Shown here: in pieces, positions 20,811-30,741 of the stretch
Layout: every line of letters starts with the position of its first letter
Numbering within the stretch: position 1 is the stretch's first letter
Source of the DNA: an uncultured Verrucomicrobiae bacterium
GTDB taxonomy: Bacteria > Verrucomicrobiota > Verrucomicrobiia > Limisphaerales > UBA11358
Assembly: GCA_963802515.1 (NCBI GenBank)
Contig: CAWDIX010000002.1
Coordinates: 1,232,418-1,296,417 of the forward strand
Length of the DNA stretch: 64,000 nucleotides
Direction of reading: 5' to 3'
Notes under the pieces: generated by a model
What the model was told of the DNA's origin: nothing
What the model saw: only the letters and a program-made list of their open reading frames with translations
Databases searched by the model: none
Position numbers and translations under genes: made by a program

Positions 20811-21887
20811 ATGGCACGCCGCTCAAGGCCAAAATACCAATTACCGGGCAAACGCCGCAAAAAGGGCGGAGTGATGCGTTGGCTGTTTGTCCTCGCCCTT
20901 GTTGCGGTCGCGGCCTGGCTCTGGTCGCGGCATGAGCCTCACGCCAAACCGGCCCGGATCGTTGCGCCGGCCCCTCCCAAATCCACGGCACGCCCGGGGA
21001 GCATGGCAATTGAAGCCGGAAGCGGTTTTCCGCGCGCGGCGCGCAATGTATTTGAAGCCCAAATCGCGTTGGCGCGCCGCGGTATTTCCCCGGGTTCAAT
21101 TGACGCTGTGTTCGGTTCGCAAACGCGAAGGGCGATTTCCGTCTTCCAGGAAATGGAAAATTTGCCGCCGACCGGCACGCTGGACGCGGAGACAGGCGCA
21201 CGGCTGACTCTCAATTCACCCCTATTGACGACCTATATGGTCACGACAAACGACCTGGCGCGGTTGCAGCCGCTCGGCCAAACGTGGCTGGCCAAATCTC
21301 AACAGTCTGCGCTATATTACGAAACGGAACTCGAGTTGGTCGCCGAAAAAGGCCATGCGCATCCTGATTTGATCCGGCAACTCAATCCGAATGTGAATTG
21401 GACCAACCTCGCTGCCGGCACGGTCGTGAAAATTCCCGACGTGGATTATCCCGCGCCGACGAACAAGGCGGCGTTTGTCGTCATCCATCTCGGCGACAAA
21501 TTTTTGGAGGCATTCGACGAGGACACCAACCTGGTCGCGCATTTTCCTTGCAGCATCGCGGCGCGTGTCGAGAAACGGCCGGTCGGCGAATTGCACGTCA
21601 TCGTCATCGCGCCGAATCCGAATTACACCTTTGATCCGGAATTATTTCCCGAGTCGCCGGAGGCGCGGCAGTCGAACCAGAAACTGATTTTGCCGCCCGG
21701 CCCGAACAATCCGGTGGGCATAGCATGGATCGGCCTGGACCGACCGGGTTACGGCATCCATGGCACACCGAACCCGGAGCAGGTCGGGCGCACCGAATCA
21801 CACGGCTGTTTCCGGCTGGCGAACTGGGACGCGGAATATCTGAGCCACCTCGCCTGGGTCGGGATGCCGGTGTTCGTTGAGCCGTGA
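20811..21887 (+). CDS. L,D-transpeptidase (YkuD) with peptidoglycan-binding and LysM-like domains
   Basis: PGSIDAVFGSQT PG-binding motif, PGPNNPVG, YGIHGT and SHGCFRL. Confidence 0.9.
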   Translation: MARRSRPKYQLPGKRRKKGGVMRWLFVLALVAVAAWLWSRHEPHAKPARIVAPAPPKSTARPGSMAIEAGSGFPRAARNVFEAQIALARRGISPGSIDAVFGSQTRRAISVFQEMENLPPTGTLDAETGARLTLNSPLLTTYMVTTNDLARLQPLGQTWLAKSQQSALYYETELELVAEKGHAHPDLIRQLNPNVNWTNLAAGTVVKIPDVDYPAPTNKAAFVVIHLGDKFLEAFDEDTNLVAHFPCSIAARVEKRPVGELHVIVIAPNPNYTFDPELFPESPEARQSNQKLILPPGPNNPVGIAWIGLDRPGYGIHGTPNPEQVGRTESHGCFRLANWDAEYLSHLAWVGMPVFVEP

Positions 21888-22045
21888 AAGAGTAGCCTGG
21901 GCGCCTCGCCCGTTCGACAAACAGATCGCCACTGCCGGGCGGAACGCCCGCGCCACCAATGCCAATTCCAAAAAGCGGGCCAAATTATCATTGCCGGGGG
22001 GCGGGCTTTGGCTTAGTAGAAAGGCAAACTTAACAAAGGAAAATT

Positions 22046-22654
22046 ATGGCTATGGGAATTGGATTGATCATTACCGTCGTTGTGCTGGTCGTGCTGGTGG
22101 GCCTCGTGGCCTTCGTCATCGGCGGTTACAACAAACTCGTCACGTTGCGCAACCGGTTCAAAAACGCCTATGCGCAGATTGACGTGCAACTCAAGCGCCG
22201 CTACGACCTGATTCCGAACCTGGTCGAGATCGCCAAGGGCTACATCAAGCACGAACGCGAAACGCTGGAGAATGTCACCAAGGCGCGCAACATCGCCTAC
22301 GCCGCCTCACAGGCCGCCGCCGCCAATCCCGGGGACGCCAGCACCATGAAAAACCTGGTTTCCGCCGAAACCGGCCTCGCCGGCACGCTGAGCCGCCTGA
22401 TGATGGTCTCCGAATCGTATCCCGATTTGAAGGCGAACCAGAACATGATGCAACTCACCGAGGAGTTGACCTCAACGGAAAACAAGATTTCCTTCGCCCG
22501 GCAGGCGTATAACGATTCCGTCATGGTTTACAACACCGACCGGGAGGTTTTCCCGATCAACATCATCGCGGGCATCTTCAACTTCGGCCCGGCGGAACTG
22601 TTCGTCATTGACAAGCCGGAGCAGAAGGACGCGCCGAAGGTTTCATTCTCGTAA
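22046..22654 (+). CDS. lemA: LemA family protein
   Basis: QIDVQLKRRYDLIPNLV, YPDLKAN and ENKISFARQAYN. Confidence 0.93.
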   Translation: MAMGIGLIITVVVLVVLVGLVAFVIGGYNKLVTLRNRFKNAYAQIDVQLKRRYDLIPNLVEIAKGYIKHERETLENVTKARNIAYAASQAAAANPGDASTMKNLVSAETGLAGTLSRLMMVSESYPDLKANQNMMQLTEELTSTENKISFARQAYNDSVMVYNTDREVFPINIIAGIFNFGPAELFVIDKPEQKDAPKVSFS

Positions 22655-22659
22655 ATTGT

Positions 22660-22721
22660 GGGAGGGACGGCGTGCCGCCGTCCCTGATTAATTTTTGGGA
22701 CGGCAGAATACCGTCCCTCCC
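22660..22721. repeat. REP-like inverted pair (GGAGGGAC family)
   Basis: GGGAGGGACGG...CCGTCCCTCCC; a related hairpin lies at 24698-24726. Confidence 0.65.
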
Positions 22722-22724
22722 GAA

Positions 22725-24692
22725 ATGGATTTCTTTGCCCAGCAGGACAAGACCCGCCGCAAAACAAAGCTGCTCGTTTTTTATTTCGCGGTCGCCGTCG
22801 CCGCGCTCATCGCCGCTGTTTATTTCGCTTCGCTGGTCATTTTTGCCGGCGCGCAATCGCACATTCACCGTTATGGCGAACAACCGCAGTTTACGCTTTG
22901 GAATCCACAACTGTTCCTCGGCGTCACCGTCGGCGTGCTGGCGGTCATCCTCATCGGCAGCAGTTACAAAACCATGGCGCTGGCCTCTGGCGGCAGCGCG
23001 GTTTCGGAAATGATGGGCGGACGCCCCGTCAGCCCGAACTCGAACGATCCGGACGAACGCAAGCTGCTCAATGTCGTCGAGGAAATGGCCATCGCCTCCG
23101 GTGTGCCCGTGCCGCAGGTTTATGTCATGGACACGGAGGACGGCATCAACGCCTTCGCCGCCGGCCACAAACCCGGCGACGCGACCATCACGGTCACGCG
23201 CGGCTGCATGAAAATTTTGTCACGCGACGAATTGCAGGGCGTCATCGGCCACGAATTCAGCCACATTCTCAACGGCGACATGCGGCTGAACCTCCGGCTG
23301 ATGGGAATTATTTTTGGCATTCTTTGCCTCGCCATCGTTGGCCGCGTTCTCCTGCAAACCGCACGCGGCGGCGGGCGCGGACGCGGCCAGAATCCGCTGC
23401 CGATTCTCGGACTCGTTTTGTTGCTCATCGGCTACATCGGTGTTTTTTTCGGGCGCTTGATCCAGGCCGCCGTCAGCCGCCAACGGGAATTTCTCGCCGA
23501 CGCTTCGTCCGTCCAGTTCACGCGCAATCCGGGAGGCATCACCGGCGCGCTGAAAAAAATCGGCGGCCTGGGCGAAACCGGTTCGCGCCTCAGCCACGCG
23601 CACGCCGAGGAACTGTCTCACATGTTTTTTGGCAATGGCGTCAGCGAACCGTTCATCGGATTGCTCGAAACCCATCCGCCGCTCGCGGAGCGAATTCGCA
23701 TTTTTGACCCGAACTTCGACGGAAAATTCGCGTATGTCCGTTACGACGGGCGCGACCGGCCGCCTGAAGGCACTTCAACACCGAAAGGCCCGCCGATGAC
23801 CAACATTTTTGGCACGGTGCTGGGCGGCGCAATCCTCGCCTCCGGCGACGCGGAAAAACCACCGGTCATCAGAACGCGCTCTGTCCTGCCCAATCTTGGC
23901 AATCCGACGCCGTTGCACCTCAAATACGCCGAGCAGTTGCGCGACTCGTTACCTGACAGCGTCAAAGCTGCCGCCCGCGAACCGCTCGACGCCGTCGCAT
24001 TGGTTTATGCGCTGCTGCTCAGTCCGGACGATGCGACGCGCGCGACGCAGCTTGCCGAACTCGCCAAGCGCGTTGCGCCGGCGATTCAGCAAAAGACGGC
24101 TGCGTTATTTCCCGACGTTTCCAAAGCTGCCGTCCATGCGCATCTGCCGATGATCAACCTCGCCCTCGGCACACTCCGGCATTTGACTGCGGACCAGTTC
24201 AATCAATTTTCACAAACGCTCCAATGGCTCATCGAAAGCGACGGCAAAATCGAATTGTTTGAATTCGTCCTCCAGAAAATCATTCTGCACCACTTGGGTC
24301 CGCAATTCGCCGGGACGCGGCCGCCGACCGTCCAATATTACACGCTCAAGCCGCTCGTGCCGGATTGTGCCGTGGTGCTGTCCGCGCTGGCAAACGTCGG
24401 CAACAGCAACGCGGCCGAAGTTCAAAAAGCTTTCGAGCAAGGCGCGCCGTATTTGCGGGCGCCCGACGGCGATTGGGGATTGCTGCCGTGTGAACAATGC
24501 GGCGTGGACCAGATTGACGCTGCGCTTAACCGCCTCGCGCAGGCCGTGCCGATCATCAAAAAGAACCTGCTGGAGGCCTGCATTCACACCGTCGGGGCCG
24601 ACGGCGTGATTCAGGAAGCGGAGGCCGAACTGCTCCGCGCCATCGCCGACACGCTCGATTGCCCGATGCCGCCGTTTGTAGCAACGGAATAA
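22725..24692 (+). CDS. M48 (HtpX-like) zinc metalloprotease with long C-terminal extension
   Basis: INAFAAG, GHEFSH, SRQREFLAD and THPPLAERI; coupled to lemA. Confidence 0.9.
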   Translation: MDFFAQQDKTRRKTKLLVFYFAVAVAALIAAVYFASLVIFAGAQSHIHRYGEQPQFTLWNPQLFLGVTVGVLAVILIGSSYKTMALASGGSAVSEMMGGRPVSPNSNDPDERKLLNVVEEMAIASGVPVPQVYVMDTEDGINAFAAGHKPGDATITVTRGCMKILSRDELQGVIGHEFSHILNGDMRLNLRLMGIIFGILCLAIVGRVLLQTARGGGRGRGQNPLPILGLVLLLIGYIGVFFGRLIQAAVSRQREFLADASSVQFTRNPGGITGALKKIGGLGETGSRLSHAHAEELSHMFFGNGVSEPFIGLLETHPPLAERIRIFDPNFDGKFAYVRYDGRDRPPEGTSTPKGPPMTNIFGTVLGGAILASGDAEKPPVIRTRSVLPNLGNPTPLHLKYAEQLRDSLPDSVKAAAREPLDAVALVYALLLSPDDATRATQLAELAKRVAPAIQQKTAALFPDVSKAAVHAHLPMINLALGTLRHLTADQFNQFSQTLQWLIESDGKIELFEFVLQKIILHHLGPQFAGTRPPTVQYYTLKPLVPDCAVVLSALANVGNSNAAEVQKAFEQGAPYLRAPDGDWGLLPCEQCGVDQIDAALNRLAQAVPIIKKNLLEACIHTVGADGVIQEAEAELLRAIADTLDCPMPPFVATE

Positions 24693-24745
24693 ATTTTCGG
24701 AGGGACGAGCTCTGCGAGTCCCTCCGACTTACAAGATGATTTGCG

Positions 24746-27264
24746 CTATTCCCGCACCGTCGCTTTCAACTGCGATTTGAATGCTTCCACGATTTTCGTG
24801 TGCGCGGCGTTCACTTCGGCGTCAGTCAGCGTTTTGTCCGACGCGCGATAGGTGAAAGCGTAAGCCAGACTCTTCTGTCCTTCCGGCACATTCTTTGCCA
24901 CGAAACACGTCGAACAACTCGACACGTTTCCAGGTTCGCCGGCTTGGCCTGTTTCACCACCTGCAAAACCGCTTCATGCGTCGTGGCTTCGGGCACCATC
25001 ATGGCCACGTCGCGGCGGATCGCCGGGAATTGCGGCAACGGCTTGAACGACTTGGCCGGATTGCGCCGGGCCAGCAGCAAATCCAGATTCAATTCCGCCA
25101 GCAACACCGCGTCGCGCAAATCGTATTTCTTTGCCAGCACCGGCGATAGCTGGCCGAATTCACCGATGGGATTCTTGCCCTGCAAAATCACGGCAGATTC
25201 AAGGAACAATGCCGTGCTTTCAGCCCGGCGGTTGAACGTCATCCCGCGCAAACCGAATTGCTCAAAAAATTCTTCGAGCAACCCTTTCAAATCGTAGGCG
25301 TCAAACTTCGCGTCGCGATCTTCACCGCTCCAGAACAGAGGATGACGCTGACCGGTGATCGCGATGGCCACGCGGCGTTCTTCCTGGTAGGGAGAGCGCC
25401 CTGCACTGTCCCCCGATTTTTGTCGGGACAGCGCGGCGTCCCTACCTTGTGCAAACACCCGTCCGATTTCAAACAAAGCCACGTCGTAATTCTTGTGGCT
25501 GACGTTGTGCCGCAACGAATGAATCAAGCCCGGCAGCAAGCTCGGCCGCAGCACGTCCATGTCTGAACTCAGCGGATTCGCCAAAGCCACCAATTCGGCA
25601 TTCGGCATTCGGCATTCGGCATTCGCGATCAGCGTTTGTCCTTGCGCCTCGTTCAAACCCAAGCCGCTCAAAATTCTTCGCGCTTCGGCAATCTGATCGT
25701 GGACCGCATCAAATGCATTCGTGCCAATCGCGCCGCGCGGCGACGTGGCCGGGATTTTGTCCACGCCGTGCAGGCGTGCGATTTCCTCAATCAAATCCAC
25801 CTCACGCTTCAAATCCACGCGGAAGGTGGGAATTTGAAACGTCACCGGTTCCGGCGGGCCGCCCTCACCCACCGGCCGCGCCTTGCGATTCACAGCCTTC
25901 AAACCGAGTTGGCCGAGATAATATTCGCACTCCTCCGGTTTCAAGGTGATGCCGAGCAATTCGTTGACCTTGTGATGACGCAGCGTCACTTGCTTTGGCT
26001 CAACCGGTTTCGGATAGGCATCCACGACACCTTCGGCCAATTGACCGCCGGCGGTTTCCAGAATCAATTGCGCGCAACGCTGGCTGGCCCAATCGCAAAT
26101 GCCGATGTCCGCGCCGCGCTCGAAGCGGTAGCTCGATTCGCTGCGCAGACCGAGCGCCTTGCTCGTGCGGCGGATGTTCGTCGGCGAGAAATAGGCGCTC
26201 TCGATGAGCACGTCCATCGGTCGTGTCGTTGATTTCCGTGTTCTGGCCGCCCATGACGCCGGCGAGCGCGATGCCTTTTTGTTCGTCGGCAATCAAAAGC
26301 ATTTCGTTCGTGAGCGTGCGTTCGACGTTGTCGAGCGTCTTGAATTTTTCGCCGGCGTTGGCGCGGCGAACGACGATAGTGGCGCGGGCATCTTGCCCGC
26401 CCGACGGGCTGGAAGCCCGTGCCACTAGATGATAATCAAACGCGTGCAGCGGCTGGCCGGTTTCGAGCATCACGTAATTCGTCACGTCCACGACGTTGTT
26501 GATGCTGCGAATGCCGACTTTCTCCAGCATGGTTCGCAGCCAATCCGGGCTTGGCCCGATTTTCACGCCTTTCACGACTCGCGCAGTGTAACGCGGGCAA
26601 AGCTCCGGCGTCTTCGATTCTCACCGAAACCAAATCTTCCGTTCTGACTTCCGACTTCTGACTTCCGACTTCTGGAAGCTTCAGCTTATTCCCGGTCACT
26701 GCCGCGATTTCGCGGGCGATGCCGATGACGCTGTTCCAATCCGGCCGGTTCGGCGTGATTTCCAGATCGTAAACCACGTCGCCGCCGCTGCGACCGAGAT
26801 ATTCGGCGAACGATTTCCCGACCGGCGCATCCGCGGGCAGGATGAGCAGGCCGTCCACCTTGATCCGGCAGGCCGAGTTCCTGCGGCGAACACATCATGC
26901 CGTGGCTGGTGATGCCGAAAACCTTCCGTTCCTTGATGATGAACGGTTCCTTGTCGCCGGGCTTCAGCGGCAGGGCGAAGGTCGGCAGGATGAGCGGCAC
27001 CTTGTCGCCGACCTTGTGATTCTGCGCACCGCAAATGATGACGCGCTCGCCCTTGCCGTCGTTGACCTTGCAGACGGAGAGCTTGTCCGAGCCGGGCACG
27101 GGGTCGCGCGTGAGGATTTGGGCGACGACGATGCCTTCGAACTCGCCGCCGATTTTGTGGACGCTCTCGACTTCGAGGCCGAGCATGGTGAGCCGCTCGG
27201 TCAGTTCTTCCGGCGACCAGTCGAAATCAACGTATTGTTTGAGCCAGTTGAGGGTGACTTTCAT
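24746..27264 (-). CDS. pheT: Phenylalanine-tRNA ligase beta subunit; several frameshifts and in-frame repeat insertions
   Basis: [52 protein letters not shown] and FPAIRRD across ORFs; stop TAG at 24746. Confidence 0.92.
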
Positions 27265-27271
27265 TCTAAAC

Positions 27272-28027
27272 CTAAATTGAATCTATATTCCCACATTTTG
27301 GACACGTTACGGTTCGTCGAGAGCCGGTAATAGAACTATAATATTCTGAATATGGATTACTCGCCATTTTAAAACCAAATCCACATTTGGAGCACTGATG
27401 AGACCTTTCTGATATTGGCAACAAACCACTAATTCCCGGGACAAAACTCCCCGAGGGCACGAGGAATTCGGCCCGAACCGAAGGGCGTTGAATTTGCTCG
27501 GTTACACCTTTTTTGACACGTTCCAAATTTTGTATAGCAGATTCAATTTGTTCTTTTTGCTCTGTTTTAGCCGTCTGTAGTTGCTTTTGCTGTTCTTTAA
27601 TTGACGCATCAATTGTTGTCATAAACGCCTCAAGTTGCGCTGTTTTTTCCTGGATTACTTTATCGAGAATTACACGATATGTGTTTTCAAATTCGCTAAG
27701 AGATTTTTTATAATCCGATCCTTGCCGGTAAATAATAATCCCAGCGACAATAGCTCCCAAGGCGAAGAGCACGCCTAAAGCTCCGACGAAAACACCCAAA
27801 GGGTTCCACCATAAACTTAATTGCGCGTTAGTCTTTTCCAAAATCTCAGCATAATGACGATATAACTCTTCGGTGCTAGCTTGGGAGTTGGTTTGCGTAG
27901 CCCCATTATTCGATGATACCACTATTTTTATTCCGGGCACATTTGTTGTTGTCGAATCAGTTTCAGCATATGCAAGCCACGTGCAACAAACCATAACGAC
28001 TAAAAGAAGTTTATGGGAATAGTTCAT
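27272..28027 (-). CDS. AT-rich hypothetical protein: signal peptide, TM helix, coiled coil, C-terminal zinc ribbon
   Basis: 251-aa ORF with CSKC...CPKC, visibly lower GC than its flanks. Confidence 0.75.
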   Translation of the reverse strand: MNYSHKLLLVVMVCCTWLAYAETDSTTTNVPGIKIVVSSNNGATQTNSQASTEELYRHYAEILEKTNAQLSLWWNPLGVFVGALGVLFALGAIVAGIIIYRQGSDYKKSLSEFENTYRVILDKVIQEKTAQLEAFMTTIDASIKEQQKQLQTAKTEQKEQIESAIQNLERVKKGVTEQIQRPSVRAEFLVPSGSFVPGISGLLPISERSHQCSKCGFGFKMASNPYSEYYSSITGSRRTVTCPKCGNIDSI

Positions 28028-28042
28028 AGCTAACGGTGCCCT

Positions 28043-28987
28043 TCATTTGGAAACTCTTTTCCTTTTACTCGGTTTCGCAACGCGATAGGCAACTGGTCTT
28101 TCATGGAGAACCAAATCCCCATTTTCAGCGGCCGGTGCATGGACACATTCAAAACCAGCAGTGGAAAACAAATTCTGGTTCTCGTCCAGGATCCGACGCG
28201 CGGCCATGAGGCAATAATCAGGATCAATCTCGATTCCAAGGCTGTTACGGCCCCACTTCATCGCGGCGAGCATCGTGGTACCACTGCCGCAGAAGGGATC
28301 GAGTACCGTGTCGCCGTGGAAGGAAAACATCCTTACCAGCCGCATGGCGAGTTCGAGGGGGAAAGGTGCGGGATGCTCCCTGGTCGAAGCGCCGGTGAGT
28401 GTCCAGATTTGGCGGAACCACTCGTTGAACTCGCTTTTGGGAATCATGCTCAAACGCCGCTGCTCCTCTGTCGGTTGGCGATAGCCACCTGGTTTGCGCT
28501 GCATGAGAATAAACTCGATGTCATTTTTGACGATGGCATTTGGCTCGTAAGGTTTGCCGAGAAATTTGCTGCTCGTATTCGCCTCAAAGACGGCATTGGA
28601 AATTTTGTGCCAAATTATTGGATTTAGATTGTCGAAGCCTAGTTTCCGGCAGATGACACAAATATCGGAATGCAACGGCACAACAACGTGCCGGCCATGC
28701 TCGCGGCGCGATAGGCAGACATCGCCCACGACGCAGACCAAGCGTCCACCCGGCACGAGTACGCGGTAGCTCTCCGTCCAAACCTGCTTAAGATCGTCAA
28801 GAAACTCTTCGTAGTCCTGAACATGTCCCAGCTGGCCCGGACTGTCGTTATAGCGTTTTAGCTTCCAGTAGGGTGGCGACGTGGCAACCAGATGCACCGA
28901 TTCGTCTGCGATGTAGGGAAAGCTCCGCGCGTCGCCCTGGTAGAGACGGTGCGTCGTTGGCGTTCCGTTGGTCGCAAAATGTTTCAT
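28043..28987 (-). CDS. Site-specific DNA methyltransferase (N4-C/N6-A, beta motif order)
   Basis: TSPPY precedes HPAPFP and DPFCGSGTT. Confidence 0.92.
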   Translation of the reverse strand: MKHFATNGTPTTHRLYQGDARSFPYIADESVHLVATSPPYWKLKRYNDSPGQLGHVQDYEEFLDDLKQVWTESYRVLVPGGRLVCVVGDVCLSRREHGRHVVVPLHSDICVICRKLGFDNLNPIIWHKISNAVFEANTSSKFLGKPYEPNAIVKNDIEFILMQRKPGGYRQPTEEQRRLSMIPKSEFNEWFRQIWTLTGASTREHPAPFPLELAMRLVRMFSFHGDTVLDPFCGSGTTMLAAMKWGRNSLGIEIDPDYCLMAARRILDENQNLFSTAGFECVHAPAAENGDLVLHERPVAYRVAKPSKRKRVSK

Positions 28988-28990
28988 CGA

Positions 28991-29719
28991 TCAATCGCGA
29001 TAGGCTGCAGCGTGGGCAGCCAGTGATCTGGCGAACTGGAGAAAGGTTAAATCTTCGGCAGGCTCCGCGAAAGCTCCCTTCAAGCCGCCCTTCGGCTCGG
29101 ACAGCAGAAACACCGAGGCGTTGTAATGCCGCTCGCGAACCAGTTTTCGGCAGAACAACTCGTAACGCTTGGCGTAGCTGGCATTGACAAACTCGGGAAA
29201 AACCTTGAAATGCGGCTCTTTTACCTTCACGGGCCGCCGTGATGCCTCGCAATCTTCCAACAGGAACACATAGCCGAGCCACGGGCGAATCGTTTTGTTG
29301 AAAGCACCCTCACGATACGCCGTCCACAAATCCAGCGCGCTGCCCATCGCCTCCTCGGTGCGGTTGTTGAAATTGTTGCCGAACGACGGCCCAACCTGCG
29401 ACTTGGCTTCGAGCACGAGAATAAGCTGACCGTCACGGACGACCAGTAAATCCCATTCCTTAGTCGGGCGGAAGAAGCCAGGCAGTTCAAGCGCTGTGTT
29501 GTGGAAGATGTGCTGACTCTTGATTCCAGATTCCCCAATCAGCCCCGTTATCAGACCGATGAACCCATCCATCTGCGCGCCACCGGTTACCGCGCTGCGT
29601 GCGCCCTGGTCATGCTGGCCGGACGACACCTGTTTGGCAGACTGACTTTGCCGCGTTGACCAGTAGCTGGCAACTGCTTTCGCCACACGACGATTCAGAG
29701 CTGTTTGTTCAAGGTTCAT
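28991..29719 (-). CDS. PaeR7I/XhoI-family type II restriction endonuclease
   Basis: LPGFFRPTKEWDL, EAKSQVGPSFGNNFNNRTEEAMGSALDLWTAYREG. Confidence 0.88.
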   Translation of the reverse strand: MNLEQTALNRRVAKAVASYWSTRQSQSAKQVSSGQHDQGARSAVTGGAQMDGFIGLITGLIGESGIKSQHIFHNTALELPGFFRPTKEWDLLVVRDGQLILVLEAKSQVGPSFGNNFNNRTEEAMGSALDLWTAYREGAFNKTIRPWLGYVFLLEDCEASRRPVKVKEPHFKVFPEFVNASYAKRYELFCRKLVRERHYNASVFLLSEPKGGLKGAFAEPAEDLTFLQFARSLAAHAAAYRD

Positions 29720-29720
29720 T

Positions 29721-30320
29721 CTAGCGTTTGCCGTGATACTCAACTTTGCTTTTATCAATACCAACGTCTTCCCGGATCGTATTGATCAACACGTATGCGC
29801 GCCGCCGCATTTCTTTCCAATCTTCTTGAGGGTTAGTTATTACAGGCTTCTCCAAAATCGAAAAGAGATTATCAATCAGCGAATCGTATGCATCCATTAC
29901 TTGCTGCGGGGCGAGCATTGCTAAATATCCATGGGCTTTGAGGCGACCCCGATTAAAACGATCCACGGCGTCTCCTGCGGGTTTTTGGCCCATACGGATC
30001 ATGCTAATGTCAGCCAAGAAATCTGTGATGACATCGGTGGCAAGTCGGTAAATCGCAAGCTTGTCACTATGTTCCTTCAAGTAAGTTTCACGATAGATTT
30101 CCAAGTTGGTTTGCAGCTCCTTAAGTTTTTCCTGATTGGTTCGTTCAAGCCGTGCTTGAAGTTCGGTTAGTTCCTGATTGTGTTTTGCCCGTTCTTTAAC
30201 CATCAGCCTTTCTGCCCAAACTTTTCCAAGAAAATTTGAAAGCCCCAAAATAATTGCACCACTGCCACCCAACGAAATTATTACAGAGGCGGCGATTTTG
30301 ATTGTTTCAGCAATGTTCAT
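29721..30320 (-). CDS. AT-rich hypothetical protein, N-terminal TM plus helical domain
   Basis: 199-aa ORF with the anchor SVIISLGGSGAIILGLS followed by a coiled coil. Confidence 0.75.
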   Translation of the reverse strand: MNIAETIKIAASVIISLGGSGAIILGLSNFLGKVWAERLMVKERAKHNQELTELQARLERTNQEKLKELQTNLEIYRETYLKEHSDKLAIYRLATDVITDFLADISMIRMGQKPAGDAVDRFNRGRLKAHGYLAMLAPQQVMDAYDSLIDNLFSILEKPVITNPQEDWKEMRRRAYVLINTIREDVGIDKSKVEYHGKR

Positions 30321-30332
30321 TGAAACCTTTCG

Positions 30333-30392
30333 TCAAAACTGTTCAAAAACCGCACGTCGTTTTCGTAAAAAAGGCGGATGTCGTTGATGCCG
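30333..30392 (-). repeat. Direct repeat of the pheS 3' end
   Basis: 60-bp copy of 30742-30802 with three synonymous substitutions and one 1-bp gap. Confidence 0.92.
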
Positions 30393-30395
30393 CCA

Positions 30396-30527
30396 AGCTC
30401 CGCTAGGAGCGGCATCTTTGTAGCCAGCACACCGCCGATCAACCAAGCCCCGTCGGGGCGGCACATTCCGCCAACTAAAATGTTCCTTCCGTCATTGTTC
30501 ATTTTCTATGTCGCTCCTGACGGAGCT
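30396..30527. mobile_element. 132-bp palindromic miniature element
   Basis: AGCTCCGCTAGGAGCGGCAT ... ATGTCGCTCCTGACGGAGCT inverted ends; internal related unit GCCCCGTCGGGGCGGCAC. Confidence 0.7.
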
Positions 30528-30528
30528 T

Positions 30529-30714
30529 TCATCGGCCTTGCGTTTGATGAATCACTTCCCATTTGTCATCCTCGCGCATTTTTTTCAAATCTTCCTGCGT
30601 CATGAAATTCTTGAATTTACCGCGAAGGCGTTCGTTCAATGCCTTTAACCGTTGCAGTCGCTCCGGGCTTTTATCAGCCACCGGACGCTTGATTTGTTTG
30701 GATTTGCTTTTCAT
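30529..30714 (-). CDS. Small basic hypothetical protein (orphan antitoxin-like)
   Basis: 61-aa ORF directly after pheS; the MTQEDLKKMRE end resembles small antitoxin tails. Confidence 0.55.
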   Translation of the reverse strand: MKSKSKQIKRPVADKSPERLQRLKALNERLRGKFKNFMTQEDLKKMREDDKWEVIHQTQGR

Positions 30715-30741
30715 AGCTCACAATATTTTCGCCGTGACGAA

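Noticed and set aside
28028-28042. GTTAGCT immediately before the ATG of the 251-aa gene as an integron attC core
   Set aside because: There is no matching inverse core or attC hairpin after the gene, no second site and no integrase. A 7-mer alone is not enough.
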